From the NCBI RefSeq assembly GCF_006345805.1, contig NC_043003.1, positions 33,356,001 to 33,420,000 of the forward strand: a stretch of DNA of 64,000 nt. The letters are read 5' to 3'. The stretch is from Octopus sinensis (lineage: Eukaryota). Shown one piece after another: positions 54,859 to 64,000 of the stretch; within the stretch, counting starts at the first letter, position 1, and the number at the start of each line of letters is the position of its first letter. The notes below the pieces were generated by a model. The model was not told the DNA's origin and ran no database searches. It saw nothing but the letters and a program-made list of their open reading frames with translations. A program made the translations under genes and the position numbers.

Positions 54859-55052
54859 ATCCAAACAAGAAAACACAGAAAAAAAAACACAGCAACGCGA
54901 GGACGTGGAACAAATAAAGTATTATTGGATGCTCAAGAAAGAAGGGAAGAAGGAGGGTTTAACGTTTCGAGCGGAGCTCTTCGTCGGAAACAAAGGAGAA
55001 GGAAAGATACCGAGAAGGAAAGACAGAGGGAAAAAAATTGCTGGCGGTGCTC
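54853..55052 (-). repeat. Penelope-like terminal fragment between (AT)n tracts containing a minimal hammerhead variant (54957-54991)
   Basis: Minus strand GTTT-CCGACGA-A-GAGC-TCC-GCTC-GAA-ACGT-T-AAAC. Confidence 0.55.
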
Positions 55053-55071
55053 ACGAGGTCACATATATATA

Positions 55072-55117
<46 letters not shown>

Positions 55118-56070
55118 TGTGTGTATATGTGAGTGTGTGTGTGTATGTATTCATATATACGTACTACATATCACCGTATGATTCGGCATATAGAAGAAAA
55201 AATAACTTTAATTCTGTTTCGAACAGTTACGTTCCTCTACCCACTGAGTAACTTGTCATTCCCCAGATAAAGTTTTATAAAATAAATAAGTAATTAGCAG
55301 GCAAATTCATGGAGTCCATGAAATCAACTAAAATCGTGCAAGATAGCAACACTGATGATCATATATAGGTGCGGACTGAAGTACACGATAAATGAAAGCA
55401 ATATTATTTTAAGAGTATTGGAAACACTTTCATAACAGTTGAAATATCCACATGAACAGGGCAGAAAAAGAAAATTGTCCATAATGCCTTCTAACATAAA
55501 CATTAGGATATACATGTTGGTTGAGGTAAAGGAAATTGATAAACATCTACTCTAATACACTATTCATTCTATATTTTATCGATCTTCGGAAAGATGAATT
55601 GTAATAGTAAGGGAAATCAGAAAGGGAAAGATAGAAAGTAAACGCATGTATTTAGTTTCTGCTACTAACATTTATAATGATGCTAAAATAATACATTGTT
55701 GCATGAGCACAGTCCCACGATTTCAAGAGGAAGTTGTAGAGGAATTAATCGCTTCATATATATATATAGCTTCAGCTACTTGCCTATGTACGTGATATGA
55801 AATGTCTTCTTGCTGCCAATAACGGGACTAATTGCAAGTTATCAGCTGTTAATACTCCCCATAATCCTTTACTGATACCTCCTGAAGCATTTTCCATAAT
55901 CCTCTTTAACTAATAATTCTGGAATCTCTAACTAGAAAGAGAAAAAAACCCAGAAAAAAATAGATTCCTTCAATGCACCGTGCGTAGTTTGCCTTAAACA
56001 TAGCATCGATATAGCTAAGTGCCCAATAATCCTTACAGTGCCCCTTAGCATTATAAATGCATATATATAT

Positions 56071-56112
<42 letters not shown>

Positions 56113-56156
56113 TGTATATGTGTGTGTATGTATATACATATGTATATGTATATATA

Positions 56157-56218
<62 letters not shown>

Positions 56219-56282
56219 AAAGTAAGAGGAGGGATATAATATCCAGGCAGATACCGAATATTTATATATATATATTTATATA

Positions 56283-56475
56283 TACGAAGAGTTCTGACAA
56301 GTTCCTGGCTTTAAGGGTATCGTAAAAGACCTGGTTGGAGGCCTAAACGTCCGTGTTCTTTGACAGGGCTTAGAAAACCTGAAAGATCGCTGCGCTAGGT
56401 GTGTGAGGGAAGTATATGTTGAATAAAACATTGAATAACTGATCATTCTGTTTTTTTTTTACCCAGAGACTTTTA
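56283..56475. mobile_element. Mariner-derived MITE-like fragment
   Basis: Starts TACGAAGAGTTCTGACAAGTTCC (mariner-type TIR); the interior resembles a mariner C-terminus (AAAGATCGCTGCGCTAGGTGTGTG...TATGTTGAATAA). Confidence 0.5.
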
Positions 56476-56601
56476 TATATCTTTATCCAAATATAGATGC
56501 ATAAATATATACAAAGTGTGTCACTCTCTCACACATATACAAACACATACACACGCACACATACATATGTGTATATATATATATAATAATAATATAATAA
56601 T

Positions 56602-56657
<56 letters not shown>

Positions 56658-58304
56658 ATATATATATATATATACATATATATATGCATACATGGGTACA
56701 GGGTGCCACCAAGTGTGTGTAAACAACATGAAATACATAAACAAACGAGTTAAATACGTAAACAGAGAAAAAATGCAAAACAGTTGAGGTAAACACAGAG
56801 AAACGACACTTCATCGGTTGTCGGCTGTCTATCTACTCCTCATTTCGATCATTCAACGACAATATGAGTCTTCAAAGACAGTTTGAATTAAAATTTAGGA
56901 TTTATAGAAGGTCAAAGTTGAGAACAAAAACAGGATAGTGGGGACACACAAGGAAACCGAGCGAAAACAAACATGGAGGGTCGTCAGGCCAGAACGAGAG
57001 GAAAATAGTGAACGCTGGAAAAAATATTTTCTTTGAAAAGAGAAAAGATAGAAGAGAGAGAGAGAGCGAAAAAAAAAACACTGTCCTTTGAATGTCCGTG
57101 CAGGAAAAGAAAGATGGTCTTGTGAAGAAAGGAAAGATGGACTATGGTCCCGTGTGAGCTAGATGAGAGAGAAAAAGAGAAATAGGGGAGAAAGAAACAT
57201 AGAAAACTGCGAAAGAGGGAGGGGAGAACAAGGAATTAGAGAAGGATGGAGGAAGAACGCAGTATAGAGTTATATATAAACTCATGTTGGGAAACAAACA
57301 CACACACACACACACATGCACACTTATATATATATTCATACGTTATTCGATGTATAATATGAATAGCTGATTCCAAAAGTTATATCACAATCTACCCGAC
57401 GAGGAGAAAATAATTTGATAAAAGATATTCCATGAACGCTTTACTGCAGATATAGGATAGAATGTATGAGTGAACTATTGAATAGTTTTGCATGGATAAA
57501 GACCCAAATATAATCACTCACCTTGCTGTCTTAATATAAATTCTGATTGCCTTAAACCCTTTTGAGAATATTTCATTTGGAAAAGGTGAGGAATTCCGTT
57601 AGGATTAAAGATGCTATGTTTAGCTCATAACGCCATTTTGCTTTCACGTAAAGGTAATAGTGATGGCTTAATCTACATTGTAGGTATATGTTTCATTACA
57701 GCCATTTATTAGTTTACAAGTACAACAAATATTTAAACAGCTATAATACACATTTCTTTAAATTACACCTTTAGAAAGAAAAAAAAAGATTTACTTGAAC
57801 AAAATGCACAATATATGCAATTATAGCGTTATAACAATATAGCGGAATCCGATATATATAGAACAATAGTCAATTAGATATGATAAAAATAATAGCGATA
57901 AATATATATGGTTAGAAATTAGCAAGAAAAATATTTCAGAATTACCTGATTAACTGGCAGAAGTGTAATGTATATAAGGTAAAAAAGAAAAAGAAAAAGA
58001 AAAAGAAAAAGAAAAAAAAGGGGGGCGGGATGCTTAAGATTCGAATATATAGATATCATAATCTCAGAACATTTTAGAAAAGCAACATATCATCAAATTC
58101 TTCATGAAAGTCTGACACGTTGCGAAAGACAATTAACTTTTAACTTTTAGAAACCATGGTTCCTTCCTAATATTACTAACAACCCCTTAAAAGTTTTGTC
58201 TTATCAGTTATATATATATATATATATATACATATGTCCTGTGTGTATCAAAACACTCAAAATGGTTGTGGTTTCCAACAATTAGACATGTATGAATGTA
58301 TATA

Positions 58305-58590
58305 TGTATTCTTATATTGTTTACTTGTTTTACTTGTTTTAGTCATTTGATTGCAGACATGCTGGAGCATCGCCTTTAGTTGAAGAAATCGACCCCAGGA
58401 CTTATTTTTTGCAAACCTAGTACTCATTCTATCGGTCTCTTTTAGCCGAACCGCTAAGTTATGGGACGTAAACACACGAACATCGGTGGTCAAATGAAGG
58501 TGCGGGGACAAACACAGACACACAAACATCTACATACATACATACATACAGTGGGACTGAACCCGGAACTATGTGGTTGGGTAGCAAGTG
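58305..58590 (-). mobile_element. SINE (first family) 3' half plus short head remnant
   Basis: TTACTTGTTTTAGTCATTTGATTGCAGACATGCTGGAGCATCGCCTTTAG...GCCGAACCGCTAAGTTATGGGACGTAAACAC. Confidence 0.88.
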
Positions 58591-58640
58591 ATGTATATCT
58601 CGGAGAAACGTCTCACAGAGTAGTTAGTATATTTGTGTTT

Positions 58641-58672
<32 letters not shown>

Positions 58673-59097
58673 GCATGTGCTTGTGTGTGTATGTGTATAA
58701 GTTTGTATGTGTGTGTATAAGTTTGTATGTGTGTGTGTGCGCGTGTGCTTACGTACTTATGTGTGTCCGTATCTTTGTGTTGTGCTTATCATCCCTACCG
58801 GTGAACAACCGGTGTTGGTTTTTCACGAGCCCGTAAATTAACAGCCCAGCAAAAGTGGCCCAGTGAATAAAATATCATCTGAAAATGAAAATAAGATAAA
58901 ACGTACTCTGGTATATTTGTTAGACAAAGCTCACCAATGACCAAAGCAAGCAGAAGAGAAGGGATATGATATATACTCAACTATATACGTATAGAGAGAA
59001 ATAGATATATTTTTCGTGCCTCTAGGTGTGTGTCTCTGTGCAAGAATACTCCAATGCGTGATAATATATATATATATATATATATAATATATATATA

Positions 59098-59140
<43 letters not shown>

Positions 59141-59149
59141 TATATATAT

Positions 59150-59180
<31 letters not shown>

Positions 59181-59181
<1 letters not shown>

Positions 59182-59860
59182 CTTACTTTGATACTTTGAT
59201 AGGTTCGGCCATTATTGGCCCAGGCCATGTCTAACTTAATAGCACCACCTGGTGAAGTCTTTCAAGTCAGAATTTGGGCACTATGGCCCACTCAAGTAGA
59301 GAGTTATTGTTTACAGAGACATATCCGGGTGTAGGAGGTTTATCCAGGATTTCTTGAAGGAATCTGTCCAAAGACTTCTTGAACCCTATAGGGTCAGTTT
59401 CTGTTTTAATGTATTTTGGTGTAATGTTAAAGAGAGCGGGGCCAATTGAGGTGAAATAATTGTGCCGTATTGTTGTTATGAGATGAGAGTGCGATTTTTG
59501 TTTTGGGCGGATGGCACGGGGCCAAGCCTTGGATGTACCTTGAAGGTGATGCCAACATCATTTGGGCAATGCTGATGGAATATTTTCCACATCATGCAGA
59601 TGATGTAGCGCTCACGACGACGTTGGAGAGAATAGAGTTTTAGCTTTTCTAGTCGACCCCAATAGTCGAGGCCTGTCATGCCATCTATCTTTTTTGTGAT
59701 TGCCCTTTGAGGTGCTTCAACTTTTATGATACCGTGTATTGTGTGGGGAGACCACAGTGGACAACAGTATTCAAGGTGGGGTCGGGCAAAAGTGGAGAAG
59801 AGAAGGATAATGGTGTGGATATCTCTCGACTGGAAAGTTCTGAGAATCCAGGAACACACA
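59181..59860 (-). mobile_element. 5'-truncated CR1-like LINE 3' end embedded in (AT)n
   Basis: ORF 59476-59859: WILRTF...RPHLEYCCPLWSPH...QRAITKKI...RLEKLKLYSLQRRRER; 3' UTR shared with 63010; tail of short repeats. Confidence 0.92.
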
Positions 59861-59861
59861 C

Positions 59862-59895
<34 letters not shown>

Positions 59896-60235
59896 CTAAT
59901 GTGCGTCTGTGCATGTGTATGTATACTTTACATATATATTTATGTGTGTATAATGTATGTATGTATGTATTTGTGTATGCATATATGTATGTAAGTATGC
60001 TCACCTAAATATACTATCGAAACAGAAACGTCTTTCCCTCAAAAGATTTTGTCTATAGCCAAAGACATTAATTCGTTTAGTGTCAGTAGCCAAAGAAAGT
60101 AAAGCACTTATATGTTTTTGCTATTCCCTAAACTCCCAATGGCAAACTAACACTTGCGACGACGGTAATTGAATATTTATCATTAAATTAGGTTAAAAGT
60201 GCAGCAAATATCAAAGTGATAAAGATGTCATCCGT

Positions 60236-60285
<50 letters not shown>

Positions 60286-60417
60286 TCAATAATGGTGGGG
60301 TTGTGTATATATATATACACATATATATATATATACACATATATATATATAAATGGTGGGGTTGTGTATATATATACATATATATACATATTTATATATA
60401 TATGTATGTATATAAAT

Positions 60418-60450
<33 letters not shown>

Positions 60451-60728
60451 GTATGTATTATATATATATATATGTATGTATTATATATATATATATACAT
60501 ATGCACACTCACATACTCACACAATTATTTATGTATATATATATAATTGTGTGTACATATATCTGTTTTTCTTTGTGTTGTTTTTCTGTATCTATGTGTG
60601 TATTTCCGTGTTGATATTCTTGATGCGATTGTTTTATATACTGGTGTAAATATGCGTTTCTTTCGTTCGTACCGATGCGAATGTATCAAGGAGGCTATGC
60701 AAAGGATTGCAAACACATACACACAGAG

Positions 60729-60787
<59 letters not shown>

Positions 60788-61915
60788 CACATATATATAT
60801 ATATAGGTCAGTCAAAGAACTGGATAGTACCGTGGTAAAGAAACACTTGAAAAATGCGGCCTTGAGAAAAAAAAGATCAAATGAGGAATGCAGAACAAAT
60901 TAAAATTGCCGTTGCTGAAAGCATATTAAACTGATCTCATACATAAAATGAAGTTCTGAATAATTTTCTTACTTTCCTCTTACATTGCCGAAAGTGTATA
61001 GAGAAACAAACTTTATATATATTCTAAACCCATTGTACTTTATATATACTCTAAACCCAACGAGATTTGTTATTGTGATCATTATTTCAACCATGTTCCC
61101 CCATATCAGCTGAGGAGGATGTTCGATATGGGATCCTGCCTTTATAAATATTATGTCTAAACATACTATCCTATGTAGCGAACATTGAATTTAACCTGCT
61201 GTTCATAATGGTCCAGGCTTATAATATTGGAGCCAAATTACCTTATATGTACACTAGCAAAAATTATGGCGGTTTAATGAGCCCAGTCAATTTTTGAAGG
61301 CTTATGCGAAGTATTTTTGTTATACATCCAATATTGATTAATGGTTCGTAAAATATCATTCTGTAAGCAATGAAATATGTAATTATATCCTTAGCAAAAT
61401 TTAGGTATAGATGATATATGAAGATTTACATCTAATTTTTCAGGGGAAAACACACACACACATACACAAACTCAGATACGCATACTCTACACACGTGCTC
61501 ACACACACACACAAGCGCATACGTACACGCATGCACGTTAAAAAGCCTAGTTGTTGGAGAAAAGTATACAACGTAATCTCTGTTTTTCTGCATTTGATGT
61601 GCAAAAAAACAAGAGTTTCCTGAAGGGCCGTTTCAGAACTTGTTGGTTGCATCACAGAGAAGGAATATTCTGATTTCTTCTTCACTCAATAGTCAATATA
61701 TAGTAGAATATAGACTGCAGTCATGAATTAGGATATCGTTGTTATGGCTAGCTTAATATTCTAAAATAAAAGCTGATACATTAATCCCACCAGTTTCGGA
61801 GCATCTCCGAAGGACCTACTGGTAAACTCCTTCTATATAATATATCAATATATATATATACATATATATATGCATGTGTGCCTGTATGTATGTGTATATA
61901 CATATATAAATATAC

Positions 61916-61946
<31 letters not shown>

Positions 61947-61961
61947 TATATATATGTGTGT

Positions 61962-62003
<42 letters not shown>

Positions 62004-62704
62004 ATATATATAGAGAGAGACAGACAAATATATGGACACACATATCTACCGAGAAAGTGGGACGGACAGAAAGACTGAGAAGAATGTAGGGAGTGAAGGT
62101 GGGAAGGAAAAGAGAAACTGTCACTTAACAGTTCTTGATACAGAACGTGGTATCGAAATAACACGTTTCAATTACGTCAATGCAAATACGTCTGTATGTA
62201 CCCCCGCCACAAAGGCTCACCCATGCTTACACACACTTTCATCTATCTAATTATGTATGCACGCAAGCACAAATTTATGTGTATGTATGTGTGTGCTCGT
62301 GTGTAATAATATTAATGTATCGTTGAATAAGAAAATATAAGCAGCTTATTTAAATTCATATATAGTGTGTGCATAATTTGGTTAATATTCTGTTGTAATA
62401 CATTATATATTGTAATAATATTCAGTCTCTTTTTCGTATTTTTGTACCAAATGAGTCATTTTGTACACATGGGAATATTTACATATGCACACTATTGACC
62501 TATACATGCAAATATCTGTTGTTCATTATCATTGTATGTGGCACGCTTAACATCATATTCTTCCTAAAACAGTTATTCGTAGGGATTACTGCGTCTTCAT
62601 GCATCATGTATCGGAATGTGGAAACTTAAAAAAGGCAAAAATAATCCGAAGACTGCGAGGAAGCTTATAACGTTCATAGCTAACATATCTATATATGTAT
62701 ATAT

Positions 62705-62778
<74 letters not shown>

Positions 62779-62801
62779 GTGCGTGTGTGTGTGTATGTAT
62801 G

Positions 62802-62839
<38 letters not shown>

Positions 62840-62945
62840 CATATATGTAAGATTGTATGTATATATGTATATATATATATATATATATACATACATATAT
62901 GTAAGATTGTATGTATATATGTATATATATACACATGTATATATA

Positions 62946-63009
<64 letters not shown>

Positions 63010-63013
<4 letters not shown>

Positions 63014-64000
63014 TAGATAAACTTAGATATGTTTCGACCAAAGATTGGTCCAGGCCATGTCTAACTTAATAGCACCACCTGATAGGATTATTCGAATCCT
63101 GTTTAAGTCAAGTTTTGTTCAAGTAGTGAGTTCTTGTTGGGTGAGTTGTATCCAGTTTTGTTCAAGTAGTGAGTTGTTGGGTGAGTTGTATCCAATTATG
63201 GGTGGCTTATCTGGTATTCTTTGAAGGAATCTATCCAGACTCTGTTTAAAGTTGATGGGATCCTTTTCCTCTTTGATCTCCCTCGGGACAATGTTAAATA
63301 GGGCAGGGTCTGTTGAGGAAAAGAAATTATGTTGCAGTGTACATGTATGTTGTGATCTTGAATTGGGCAGGGGACGTATAGCCCGTGGTCCAAGTCTTGG
63401 ATGAACCTTGAAGCTAATGTTTAGGTCGTTTGGGCAAAGTTGGCGGTATATTTTCCACATCGTACAAATGATGTACCGCTCACGGCGACGCTGGTGGGAG
63501 TAAAGTTTCAAGGCTTTAAGGCGATCCCAATAATCGAGAGCAGCCATGCCTTCAATTTGTTTGTCGTCAACAATTACATCCAGGTCTCTGATATTGTTAG
63601 AGGCTGTGAGCGGTTCCCCTGAAGGAAGAGAGTATGGTTGTTTTAGTGAGGAATTTCTTCCAAAATGCATCAGCTCAAATTTTCCCTCATTCAATTGCAT
63701 TTTGTTTCTGTCTGCCCATTGACTCACAGCATATAGATCAGACTGGAGTTGAGTTCGGTCTGCTTCTTCATTGACGATTTGCTGGAGCTTAGTGTCATCA
63801 GCGAATATTTTCACTTTGCAGTAATGTACGACACTGGAAAGGTCGTTTACGTAAATTATGAAGAGTAGCGGACCCAAAACAGTTCCCTGGGGAACACCGC
63901 TGGTGTCTTTTGTTGGGTTTGAGTGGACTCCATCAACTACAACATGTGTTCTATTCGCCAGGAAATACTTAATCCAGTGTAGAACTTTTCCACGGATTCC
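63010..64000 (-). mobile_element. CR1-like LINE RT C-terminal part and 3' end (runs off the window)
   Basis: GVPQGTVLGPLLFIIYVNDL...KIFADDTKL...WADRNKMQLNEGK (RT domains 4-6); in-frame internal deletion near 63560; 3' end abuts (AT)n. Confidence 0.95.

Overview
Eukaryotic, very AT-rich, non-coding-looking DNA, most likely from an octopus genome (inferred from recognisable tRNA-derived SINE families and dense AT/AC/TCTA microsatellites; not verified by search). No host protein-coding exon, rRNA, true tRNA or CRISPR array can be supported, and almost all listed ORFs are microsatellite artefacts. The window is a graveyard of mobile elements: many SINEs, three copies of a ~412-bp MITE, a dead mariner transposase, a Helitron PIF1-helicase remnant split by a SINE, two CR1-like LINE 3' pieces, an ORF1 zinc-knuckle remnant, and Penelope-like RT and GIY-YIG remnants, plus a 100-N gap. 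The standout is a near-identical ~485-bp x 2.8 tandem array (9210-10544) lying between (AT)n tracts. Each monomer carries a type I hammerhead ribozyme fold (CUGACGA / GAAA / GUA, 8-bp stem I, palindromic stem III, unusually long stem II) in a highly base-paired non-coding monomer. This makes it a candidate retrozyme-like, circular-RNA-producing element. Two further minimal Penelope-type hammerheads occur at 21831-21866 and 54957-54991 (minus strand). All alignments and folds were done by eye.
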